A stretch of 64,000 bases of DNA from Nitrospina sp. Its GTDB lineage: Bacteria > Nitrospinota > Nitrospinia > Nitrospinales > VA-1. Below, piece after piece: positions 1 through 7,878 of this stretch (position 1 is the stretch's first letter; each line of letters opens with the position of its first letter). A model generated the notes under the pieces. That model had not been told where the DNA came from. It worked only from the letters and a program-made list of their open reading frames with translations, and searched no databases. The DNA is taken from NCBI GenBank assembly GCA_018653085.1, contig JABIAY010000057.1, positions 3,198-67,197 of the forward strand, written 5' to 3'. A program made the position numbers and the translations under genes.

Positions 1-1
1 A

Positions 2-304
2 GCGGACAGGGTCAACCGACTGCACTCCATCCCCGAGCGGTTCGGAATTGAAACAGCGTTGAAGATGGCCCTTGCCTCGCATATGGCGATGGTGGTTTTT
101 TTGCTGGTCTTATTGGAACCCACAGTTCTTTTAGGCGGGGTCTATTTGACGGGGGTGGCGTTGGTGACGGGTCTATTGGTTTACGAACATTCGCTGATCA
201 AAAAAGACGATTTGTCGAAAGTGAACATGGCTTTCTTCAACGTCAACGGCATCATAAGTATCGGACTGATGATATTCGTTGTCGTGGACTGCGTTTGGGT
301 TTGA
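2..304 (+). CDS. UbiA-family polyprenyltransferase, C-terminal fragment (5' end lies outside the window)
   Basis: The frame is open from the window edge: ADRVNRLHSIPERFGIETAL precedes the listed TTG at 59. The TM-rich C-terminus (LVTGLLVYEHSLIKKDDLSKVNMAFFNVNG) resembles 4-hydroxybenzoate / dihydroxynaphthoate prenyltransferases. Confidence 0.6.
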   Translation, partial: ADRVNRLHSIPERFGIETALKMALASHMAMVVFLLVLLEPTVLLGGVYLTGVALVTGLLVYEHSLIKKDDLSKVNMAFFNVNGIISIGLMIFVVVDCVWV

Positions 305-452
305 AGAGTTGATGCTTTCCCGAATAAAAGCTCGTAAAAGTATGGAATAGATCAGGCTTTTCTTGTATCTTTCCTACTGAGCTTTATTAAAAGTCAAACT
401 TAGGGAGCTTTTCTTGTCTAAATGCTTGAGAGAAGAACAGGGGAGTCCCTCG

Positions 453-887
453 ATGAGCAGGCGTGCGTTTTTTATTAACGCGTTGATGGGGGTCAGCCTG
501 CTTTCCGGAATTGCCCTGATGGCTTCCTATTTTGTTCGTTTCCTTTTTCCTGTCTCCAACGTCAAAGTCAGCCGCAAACTCTATGTCGGCGATGTCCGGC
601 AGATTCCTCCCGGAAAAAGCACTTCCTTCACCGATCTCAAAGGACAAAAACTGAATATTGTCAATACCGGGGATGAGTTCATCGCGCTTTCCACCAAGTG
701 CACGCATTTGGGTTGTCAGGTGTTCTGGAAAGAGCGTGAGAGGCTGTTTTTTTGTCCCTGTCATGACGGATTTTTTGATGAAAGAGGCAATGTAGTCAAG
801 GGTCCACCGCCTGCTCCACTCACAACCTACAAGGTGGAGGTGGTGGGGCAGGGTGTCTATATTTATGTGGATGAAGTCCATGTTTAA
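453..887 (+). CDS. Rieske [2Fe-2S] subunit of a cytochrome bc-type complex, with Tat signal
   Basis: Rieske boxes CTHLGC and CPCHDG are present. The twin-arginine N-terminus MSRRAFFINALMG follows an AGGGGAG SD, so ATG 453 is preferred over the TTG at 414. The stop overlaps the cytochrome b start region. Confidence 0.9.
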   Translation: MSRRAFFINALMGVSLLSGIALMASYFVRFLFPVSNVKVSRKLYVGDVRQIPPGKSTSFTDLKGQKLNIVNTGDEFIALSTKCTHLGCQVFWKERERLFFCPCHDGFFDERGNVVKGPPPAPLTTYKVEVVGQGVYIYVDEVHV

Positions 888-1941
888 AGAACTCAAATTC
901 GCAAGGGTGGTCGATTGGGTCAAGGAAAGGTTCCCTGTTGATGTGGAGGAGATGAAATCTCTTACCAACGAACCGGTCCCCAATCATTTGAAGCATTGGT
1001 GGTTTGCGTTGGGTGGCACACCCGCCATCTTGTTTGTCATTCAAATCGTCACGGGAGTTTTTCTCTTGTTTCATTATGTTCCCACACCTGAGCAGGCTTA
1101 CGAGAGTGTGGACAAGATCACGAACGAGGTGGCGTTTGGCTGGTATGTGCGAAGCCTGCATAAATGGGCCTCGGAATTAATGATTGTGACGGTCATGTTG
1201 CATATGTCTCGTGTTTTTTTCACTGGCGCATACCGGAAACCCCGGGAACTGAACTGGATGGTAGGGGTGGTCATCTTGTTTGTCACTTTAGGACTGGCTT
1301 TTACTGGTTACTCGCTCATTTATGATCAGCTTTCTTATTGGGCGGCGATGGTGGGAACAGAAATTGCCGCAAGTACCCCGGTTGTCGGTCCGCTTGCCGC
1401 CGATTTTATCCGTGGTGGCCCGGAAGTTTCAGGAAACACTCTGACCCGGTTTTTTGCTTTACATGTAGTCATATTTCCCGCGTTGCTGATCGGGTTGGTG
1501 GTGCTTCATATTGTATTTGTCCGCTTAAACGGGGTGACTCAGTTTGAGTTTGAAGGAGAAAGAAGATCGAGGCATAGAACCTTTCCGCTTTTTCCTGACC
1601 ATGTTCTTACAGAGGCCATGCTTGCAATACTGATTTTATATCTGTTGACCATGATGTCCGTTATTTTTCCGGCGGGTTTGGGTGACAGGGCAGACCCGTT
1701 GATAACGCCGGAACATATTAAGCCGGAATGGTATTTTTTCGCGTCGTTTCGTTGGCTGAAATTGACGAATGTCTATATTGGTATAGTCGGCCAGATATTT
1801 TTTGTGGGACTCATCATTGCATGGCCGTTCATTGATAAAGTTTTCGAAAGTAAATTTCCCAGGGCGGAACTGAGTGTCTGGATCGGGTTTTTAGGTTTTA
1901 CCTTTTACCTGATTTTGACAGTTTGGGAAGCGCTGGTATGA
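853..1941 (+). CDS. Cytochrome b (fused b6 / subunit IV-type, quinol-oxidising core subunit)
   Basis: It has a typical cytochrome b N-domain (WWFALGG..., paired His in TM helices, LHKWASELM) and a C-terminal PEWYF motif. The start is ambiguous: ATG 853, 865, 871 or 880, with the last overlapping the Rieske stop as ATGTTTAA. Confidence 0.9.
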   Translation: MSIFMWMKSMFKELKFARVVDWVKERFPVDVEEMKSLTNEPVPNHLKHWWFALGGTPAILFVIQIVTGVFLLFHYVPTPEQAYESVDKITNEVAFGWYVRSLHKWASELMIVTVMLHMSRVFFTGAYRKPRELNWMVGVVILFVTLGLAFTGYSLIYDQLSYWAAMVGTEIAASTPVVGPLAADFIRGGPEVSGNTLTRFFALHVVIFPALLIGLVVLHIVFVRLNGVTQFEFEGERRSRHRTFPLFPDHVLTEAMLAILILYLLTMMSVIFPAGLGDRADPLITPEHIKPEWYFFASFRWLKLTNVYIGIVGQIFFVGLIIAWPFIDKVFESKFPRAELSVWIGFLGFTFYLILTVWEALV

Positions 1942-1981
1942 ACAATAACTGACGGGCCAGAAAGTCAGAAAGTGGGGAACC

Positions 1982-3448
1982 ATGTCTCTCAATACAAAAA
2001 AAATAGTGATCGCGGTCATCGGGCTGTTTTTTATGGGCGCCCTTTTAATTGTGGGCGGCATTGAAAGCAATAAGCGGGTATTGGGCAAAAAGGCCTATAT
2101 AAAGGTCTCAGCTACCAGTGAAAACTGTGTGGACTGCCATACCGTCACCAGCCCTTCCCTAGTAGAGCAGTGGAGAGACTCTAAACATGCCTTGAAGGGA
2201 GTGGGCTGTGTAGAGTGTCATGCCGCAGAATCTACCGATGCGGATGCCTGGGAGCATGAAGGAACTTTGGTCGCAGTGGTGGTTTCCCCTAAAGATTGCT
2301 CGAAGTGCCACGCCGATGAGAACGAACAGTTTCAGGCTTCCCACCATGCGGATGCCGGGAAAATTATTGGTTCCCTGGATAATGTTCTGGCCGAAGTGAT
2401 AGAAGGCGATATGGGTCGGCTTTCGCTGAATGGGCAGTCCCCTGTGGCCATCAACGGTTGCTGGCAATGCCACGGTTCGGTAGTTAAAATTATGGCTGAT
2501 GGACGGCCCGACCCTGCTACCTGGCCCAATACGGGTATCGGAAGGATTAACCCGGATGGCAGTAAGGGCTCCTGTTCTGCTTGCCACTCCCGGCACCGGT
2601 TTTCGGTGGTGGTCTCCCGCCAGCCGGATAGTTGCGGCAAATGTCATATGGGCCCGGATCATCCACAAAAAGAAATTTATGAGGAGTCCAAACACGGCAT
2701 TGCCTTCAAAGCATTCAAGCAGGATATGAATCTGTCTGCCCAGCCCTGGAGGGCAGGCATTGAGTATTCCGCCGCACCGACTTGCGCGACCTGCCATATG
2801 AGTGCGACGGAAGAATTGCCGGTGACTCATGATGTCGGCATGAGGATCTCCTGGAACCTGCGTCCGCCGATCTCGGAAAAAATAGATGCCAAGGCGATTA
2901 AGGCAGGGGAACAGGTCGTGTCCTGGGAGGACAGAAGGGACAATATGAAAGCGGTCTGCTCGAAGTGTCATTCGGAAAATTATGTGGACGGTTTTTATCT
3001 GCAGTTTGACTCGGCGATCAATTTATATAATGAAAAATATGGCAAGCCCGCCACAGCCATCATCAAGATGATGAAAGCGGGAGGCGTGCTGACCTCTACC
3101 AACTTTGATGAAAAGTTGGAGTGGACCTATTTTTACCTTTGGCATCACGAAGGCAGACGTGCGCGTCATGGGGCTTCCATGATGGCTCCGGACTACACGC
3201 AATGGCATGGTTTTTTTGAAGTGGCCGAGAGGTTCTACATACATTTTGTGCCTGAGGTGCGCGAAGCCTGCGAGGATAGGATCCGTCAGGGAGGGGATGT
3301 GGCCAAGGCGGCAAAAGTGGTTCTGGCGGAACTGGATTCGATCCTGAACCGTGAGGAGCATATGTGGTTCCTTGGGAAAATGACCGGAGATGAAAAGGCC
3401 CGAAGAAAAGCGGCCGCCGAAGAATTTAAAAAACGCTATGCACAGTAA
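1982..3448 (+). CDS. Octahaem cytochrome c of the hydroxylamine oxidoreductase (HAO)-like family, with N-terminal membrane anchor or signal
   Basis: There are eight CXXCH motifs: CVDCH, CVECH, CSKCH, CWQCH, CSACH, CGKCH, CATCH, CSKCH. The C-terminal region (YFYLWHHEGRRARHGASMMAPDYTQWHGFFE) is HAO-family-like. An N-terminal hydrophobic helix IVIAVIGLFFMGALLIVGG is present. The gene starts 40 nt after cytochrome b. Confidence 0.8.
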   Translation: MSLNTKKIVIAVIGLFFMGALLIVGGIESNKRVLGKKAYIKVSATSENCVDCHTVTSPSLVEQWRDSKHALKGVGCVECHAAESTDADAWEHEGTLVAVVVSPKDCSKCHADENEQFQASHHADAGKIIGSLDNVLAEVIEGDMGRLSLNGQSPVAINGCWQCHGSVVKIMADGRPDPATWPNTGIGRINPDGSKGSCSACHSRHRFSVVVSRQPDSCGKCHMGPDHPQKEIYEESKHGIAFKAFKQDMNLSAQPWRAGIEYSAAPTCATCHMSATEELPVTHDVGMRISWNLRPPISEKIDAKAIKAGEQVVSWEDRRDNMKAVCSKCHSENYVDGFYLQFDSAINLYNEKYGKPATAIIKMMKAGGVLTSTNFDEKLEWTYFYLWHHEGRRARHGASMMAPDYTQWHGFFEVAERFYIHFVPEVREACEDRIRQGGDVAKAAKVVLAELDSILNREEHMWFLGKMTGDEKARRKAAAEEFKKRYAQ

Positions 3449-3454
3449 GCCGGC

Positions 3455-3556
3455 GCCACCACTAGGCGTGGGGCCGATGTGCAATCGCTTTTTTTTGCTA
3501 GCGACCGGTTAGCTCGGTTTAATCAACATTGTACAGTTCCCCCCTGATAAGGGGGG
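3455..3556 (+). repeat. Intergenic repeat, family 1 copy (CCACCACTAGGCGTGGGGCC... module) plus a CCCCCCTGATAAGGGGGG palindrome
   Basis: This copy aligns by eye with 27311-27412 and with the 98-bp units at 37876-38169. The palindrome at 3539-3556 recurs at 46634-46649. Confidence 0.8.
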
Positions 3557-3558
3557 TT

Positions 3559-3590
3559 AGACTTTCCAGATTCTGGAGAGTCTTTTTTTT
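3559..3590 (+). terminator. Rho-independent terminator after the Rieske/cyt b/octahaem operon
   Basis: The hairpin AGACTTTCCAGA-t-TCTGGAGAGTCT is followed by T8. Confidence 0.75.
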
Positions 3591-3742
3591 ACAAAAAATC
3601 AGGGCGTGTTTATGGAATATTTTATATCAAATAAGACCTTATAAGTAGAGCCCTGAGTTTGTTAGGGCGGTGATGGAGTCGGTTTCACCTAAGGGGTGTG
3701 ATGCCGGGCTTGTAACTCTAAAAGTTTACGGAGGTAAATGAG

Positions 3743-4999
3743 ATGAGTGAACTTCATGGCAGGAGAGGGGTGGATGGTTTTTTGGTGAAGATGTTGGCTG
3801 TGATGATTTTACTTTCGCTGGCCCTTCTTCTTGTTCCGGTAAAAGATGCCGAAGCGGTTTCGCAATGGTCGCGTAAATATAAAGTGGAATGCAGTACCTG
3901 CCATGTAGCTTTTCCCCGCTTGAATCATTTTGGTGAACAGTTTATGAAGAATGGTTTCCAGTGGCCGGGCGGACCTCCTGATGGTGATAAAGAAGGTAAA
4001 GAAGAGATTTCTGATCAATTGGTTATCGATGAGGTTGGCAACTGGTTGGGAGCCCGGTTGAGCTTGACTCCTTTAAAATTTGAGAGCAACAGCTTAACCA
4101 GAAACAATCAACTCGATGATCAGTTGACGGTGGGAAACACCAAATGGTTGCAGTTTTTTGTTGCGGGTTCCCTCTTCAAGAATGTTTCCATATTCATTGA
4201 GCAGGAGTTTACCGTTGATAGCAGTTTATTCAATTGGTATCACCTGGGGTTCCACAACCTTTATGGAACCTATGTGAACTTTCAGGTGGGGCGAATATCT
4301 CCGGTGGACTTTACTCCGCTTTCCGACCGGCTTCGTCAATGGGCCAAGTCGGATGTAATGAATGTCAATTCCTCTCCCGGAACGTCATCGAGTGAGAACG
4401 CTATCAATGTTCGAACGGATCGACCTGGTTTGCAATATTACGGTTATAAAGGGCCCTGGACCTGGTTTGCCGGGATCGACAATGGGAAGGATGCTACAGA
4501 CACAGACAGTTCTAAGAATTACTGGCTTGGGTTCAAGGCTGAACTTCCGGAGACCGCTAAAAGTGCCTTTGTCGGTAGCAGTGTCGGTTACCATTTTTAC
4601 CAGGGGACAGATAACATTAGCACCTCAACAGCACAAATCACCAACAGGTTTTACCGGCACACGTTCTCCACTAATATCCGCTACAACGAAAACCTGGATA
4701 TCCAGGCTGTTTATCAGTCCGGAAATGATGAAAACGGGACTCTTGCCGCCAGCGCAGTGGAGACTGACTTTGACGGTTTCACTATCATCGCTGGATACCG
4801 GGATTATGACTGGTGGTACATTCTGCAATATGACAATGTAAACTCCAGCGATCTTCCCGCTATTGAGAAGGACAGGATATCCCCCTCTGTCTGGTACTTT
4901 CTCAGGGACAATTTCAAGGCAGGGTTGGCGGTGAGGTTGGACCTTAATGAAAACACTGTGAACCATGAGGCGGCTTTTGAGATTCGCACCATGTTCTGA
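3743..4999 (+). CDS. Cyc2-like fused monohaem cytochrome c / outer-membrane beta-barrel porin (candidate)
   Basis: It has a GGAGG SD and a signal peptide ending AEA|VS. A single N-terminal haem motif sits in the context WSRKYKVECSTCHVAFPRLNHFGEQFMKNGF. About 370 aa of alternating beta-strand-like sequence follow, rich in G/Y/N/D turns and ending in an OMP-type C-terminal Phe (FEIRTMF). Confidence 0.6.
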   Translation: MSELHGRRGVDGFLVKMLAVMILLSLALLLVPVKDAEAVSQWSRKYKVECSTCHVAFPRLNHFGEQFMKNGFQWPGGPPDGDKEGKEEISDQLVIDEVGNWLGARLSLTPLKFESNSLTRNNQLDDQLTVGNTKWLQFFVAGSLFKNVSIFIEQEFTVDSSLFNWYHLGFHNLYGTYVNFQVGRISPVDFTPLSDRLRQWAKSDVMNVNSSPGTSSSENAINVRTDRPGLQYYGYKGPWTWFAGIDNGKDATDTDSSKNYWLGFKAELPETAKSAFVGSSVGYHFYQGTDNISTSTAQITNRFYRHTFSTNIRYNENLDIQAVYQSGNDENGTLAASAVETDFDGFTIIAGYRDYDWWYILQYDNVNSSDLPAIEKDRISPSVWYFLRDNFKAGLAVRLDLNENTVNHEAAFEIRTMF

Positions 5000-5015
5000 T
5001 TTGCAGTAGAGTTTG

Positions 5016-5052
5016 CCTCCCTTCCCCGGTCGGGGTAGGGAGGTTTTTTTTT
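5016..5052 (+). terminator. Rho-independent terminator after the Cyc2-like gene
   Basis: The hairpin CCTCCCTTCCCCGgtCGGGGTAGGGAGG is followed by T9. Confidence 0.8.
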
Positions 5053-5782
5053 AAAGGCTGTTTAAAATTTCCCGGCGTTTTTTCTCATATTCTTCTTTAC
5101 TGATCAATTCTTCCCGTTTCAACTCCTCTAAAACCTTCAGCCTCTCTTTTACGTTAGCGCCATCTTTCTGTTGGGGTTCCTTAAGCACATGTTTTGGGTT
5201 GGGATGGAAACTGGTGAACAGGACCCAATTGGTCATGTCCTGAATCAGATTTTTTTGGCGCTCATGGTTTTTATGTTTTTGCCCGCTCAAAGGAACCAAT
5301 CTCCATGAGTCTCCCGCAATGCTGAAGTCACCTATTTTACGTTTAGAGCGTTTGAGTGTTGTGATTCTCCAGTTCATTCCCTGGCTTGTTAAAAAGGTGT
5401 CCCCTTTCAGCAGGGTTTTCCCTTGACGATTTTTGATTTGGTAGATAACGCGATGATTTTTACTGGCCAGGGCGAATTGCTGTTTGATCCTGGGCGCGAG
5501 GACCTCTACATCGCTTGAGGAAAACACCCTTTTTTTCGAGGACCATGAAACTTTGCGCTCCTGATAAGCCAATGACTGCATGAATCTTTGCAGGGTCTTC
5601 AGGCTGAAAGCATAAGGTTGAATTATCTTCAGGCGGTAGTTGTTTTTTTCCTGATCCTTTAGCGGCGCAATTGCCACGGAATAGTTATGGTCAATATTTC
5701 GGGGTTGACAGAAGGCTTCAACTGCCAGAAGGGAGGACAAAAACACCAGGAATGCTACTCTGAAGAGATGAGGTTTGGGCAT
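5051..5782 (-). CDS. Secreted hypothetical protein with a C-terminal SHOCT-like short helical domain
   Basis: It has a signal peptide (MPKPHLFRVAFLVFLSSLLAVEA). The C-terminus ERLKVLEELKREELISKEEYEKKRREILNSL resembles SHOCT. It lies immediately downstream of the trihaem cytochrome on the same strand. Confidence 0.55.
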   Translation of the reverse strand: MPKPHLFRVAFLVFLSSLLAVEAFCQPRNIDHNYSVAIAPLKDQEKNNYRLKIIQPYAFSLKTLQRFMQSLAYQERKVSWSSKKRVFSSSDVEVLAPRIKQQFALASKNHRVIYQIKNRQGKTLLKGDTFLTSQGMNWRITTLKRSKRKIGDFSIAGDSWRLVPLSGQKHKNHERQKNLIQDMTNWVLFTSFHPNPKHVLKEPQQKDGANVKERLKVLEELKREELISKEEYEKKRREILNSL

Positions 5783-5801
5783 CTAGTTGTGAATAACAAA
5801 T

Positions 5802-6137
5802 TCAAGGTTTGACATGGCATTTTTTGCATGATTTCTTGACACTGAAGGCCTTTTCCCCGTCATGACAGGCTCCGCAGAACTTGCCTCTTTTCATGCTTCG
5901 TTTATTCAGGGCTTTATCCGAATCTGAACTGCCGGTTTTTTTTTGAAAAATGCTGTCATGGCAGTCTGTGCATTGATTGCCAGCCTGACTGTGTTTGTCG
6001 TGACTGAAAATAGCCGGCGCAAACTTTTTAGTATCCTTAAACCAGATGTCTCCGCCGTGCTTCTCCGCGCTGATTGCAGAAACAGGCAGGGAGAAGGCGA
6101 CTATTAATGCCAATGTTGCTGTAATGATGCGACCCAT
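5802..6137 (-). CDS. Periplasmic trihaem c7/c3-type cytochrome c
   Basis: It carries three CXXCH motifs (CTDCH, CGACH, CKKCH) in the pattern FSHDKH...C..CH...CGACHDG.KAF....C..CH. A signal peptide MGRIITATLALIVAFSLPVSAISA is present. The ATG at 6137 follows a GAGGGAAG SD and is preferred over 6182. Confidence 0.8.
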   Translation of the reverse strand: MGRIITATLALIVAFSLPVSAISAEKHGGDIWFKDTKKFAPAIFSHDKHSQAGNQCTDCHDSIFQKKTGSSDSDKALNKRSMKRGKFCGACHDGEKAFSVKKSCKKCHVKP

Positions 6138-6372
6138 AGTTTCTTCCCTCTTCTCTTGACTAAACGGCAATCTACTCTTCATTCAACTCATTTTAGCATA
6201 GCCCCAAATGGAAAACCGAAAAGGCCTGTCTTAGCGACAACTGTTTAGTTGTAAAAAATATTTACATTATTCTCGGTTTGGTAAAAAATAGTTGGCAAAA
6301 ATCTGCCGGGCATTTAGGGCACTCATCTTGTAACACTTTATAAATTAGTGAGTTAATGTTTTGATGGTGTTT

Positions 6373-6388
6373 GGGCATGAACCTTGCT
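6373..6388 (+). promoter_or_regulatory. Possible sigma-54 (-24/-12) promoter element
   Basis: gGGCAtGaaccTTGCT matches TGGCACG-N4-TTGCW with correct GG-to-GC spacing. It lies about 165 nt upstream of the radical-SAM gene start. It is unvalidated and could be a chance match. Confidence 0.25.
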
Positions 6389-6552
6389 AATACCAATGCT
6401 TAAGGGCAAGGCATTGATACTTTGCCAGGATATGGAGAAGAAAGAGTGGGTTTTCCTATTTAAGGAATCGAAGTTACTGGGTTGCGCGTTTTGTTCCTCT
6501 GGGAATAGATTAGGTTATAATGCAAAACTTCTCATTTTTTGGAGTTTTACAG

Positions 6553-7659
6553 ATGCTTTTTGAGTTTGAAGATTCAACATTGAAACCTGTTTTTGAAAAA
6601 GTGAAGGCAGGGCTCCGCCTTTCCTATGAGGATGGAGTCACCCTTTGGCAAACTCCTGATTTGCTGGGTGTGGGGTATATGGCCAATCTGGTGCGGGAAA
6701 GGTTGAACGGGGACAAAACCTATTTTATTCACAACCGGCATATCAATCCGACTAATATTTGTATTCACAGTTGTCAGTTTTGTGCTTTTGGAGTCAAGGC
6801 GGATCACCCTGATGCTTATGAAAAGTCATTGCAGGATATTTTTTCGGATGCGGAGAAATATAATGGTGGAGACGTCAGTGAATTTCATATCGTGGGTGGA
6901 CTGCATCCGGACCTTCCGTTTGGATATTATCTCGAACTGCTGGAAGGATTAAAAGAACGCTTCCCGTTGGTTCATATACAGGCGTTTACAGCTGTGGAGG
7001 TGGAATACTTTTCCCATCTGGCGAAGCTTCCTCTAAAAGACACGCTGGAAAAATTAAAGCAGGCTGGTTTGGGTTCTATCCCAGGCGGCGGTGCGGAGAT
7101 TTTTGCCAAACGGGTGCGTCGAAAAATTTGCGGCGAGAAGATCGATGGCGAAGGTTGGTTGCGGGTTCATGAAACGGCCCATCTTGCCGGACTAAAAAGC
7201 AATGCCACTATGCTTTATGGACATTTGGAAACCGCAGAAGAAAGATCGGACCATCTGGTGCGCCTGCGTGAATTGCAGGACCGGACTCATGGTTTTGTGA
7301 CATTTATTCCGTTAGCGTTTCACCCGGAAAACACCGTGTTAGATTTTTTAAAAACTACACCGGGGCAATTGGATCTCAGGGCGCTAGCGGTTTCAAGATT
7401 GATGCTGGATAATTTTCCACATATGAAAGCATTCTGGATCATGATCACACCTAAAATAGCCCAGTTGGCCCAGTCTTTTGGGGCGGATGATATGGATGGA
7501 ACGGTTGTCGAAGAGAAGATCGTTCATGCCGCCGGTGCGGCCACAGATCAGGTTTTTCATAAGGATCAAATCATTCACATGATTACACAGTCTGGAAGAA
7601 AGCCTGTAGAGCGAGATACTTTGTATGAAAACGTTGAGGAATTGGAGGGGGCATATTAG
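6553..7659 (+). CDS. Radical SAM menaquinone-biosynthesis enzyme of the futalosine pathway (MqnE/MqnC family, aminofutalosine-synthase-like)
   Basis: It has the CIHSCQFCAF radical-SAM cluster motif in the context YFIHNRHINPTNIC, followed by FHIVGGLHPDLPFGYYLELL. ATG 6553 with a TGGAG SD is preferred. A TATAAT box at 6514-6519 would exclude ATG 6520. Confidence 0.75.
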   Translation: MLFEFEDSTLKPVFEKVKAGLRLSYEDGVTLWQTPDLLGVGYMANLVRERLNGDKTYFIHNRHINPTNICIHSCQFCAFGVKADHPDAYEKSLQDIFSDAEKYNGGDVSEFHIVGGLHPDLPFGYYLELLEGLKERFPLVHIQAFTAVEVEYFSHLAKLPLKDTLEKLKQAGLGSIPGGGAEIFAKRVRRKICGEKIDGEGWLRVHETAHLAGLKSNATMLYGHLETAEERSDHLVRLRELQDRTHGFVTFIPLAFHPENTVLDFLKTTPGQLDLRALAVSRLMLDNFPHMKAFWIMITPKIAQLAQSFGADDMDGTVVEEKIVHAAGAATDQVFHKDQIIHMITQSGRKPVERDTLYENVEELEGAY

Positions 7660-7878
7660 ACTGTAAAGTTTAGATATAGTATATTGAATTTGCATTCAAA
7701 GAGCTTGTTTTGACGCAATCTTGACAGAGTCTTAATAAAAACTTTACATTAGGGGTGTATATACTTATACTTAGTTATACACCAAACTAGGGGCTGATTT
7801 TAAGGTTCAGGTTTAACGCGTTCCGGGATTATCCGGGGGGGTAGTTTCAACTTTTTTGTATGAAAAGGAAAAAACGTT

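Noticed and set aside
2159-2971. 270-aa minus-strand ORF inside the octahaem cytochrome gene, and similar long antisense ORFs in cheA (8979-9779, 9824-10600, 10488-11051), alaS, polA, yyaL and secA
   Set aside because: These are shadow ORFs opposite strongly supported genes. They have no motifs, are rich in Arg/Ser/Pro/Gly, and lack plausible starts or SDs.
4362-4966. Alternative-frame ORFs inside the Cyc2-like gene (4362-4841 +, 4625-4966 -)
   Set aside because: They are out of frame or antisense to a gene with a signal peptide, haem motif, SD and terminator. They have no independent support.
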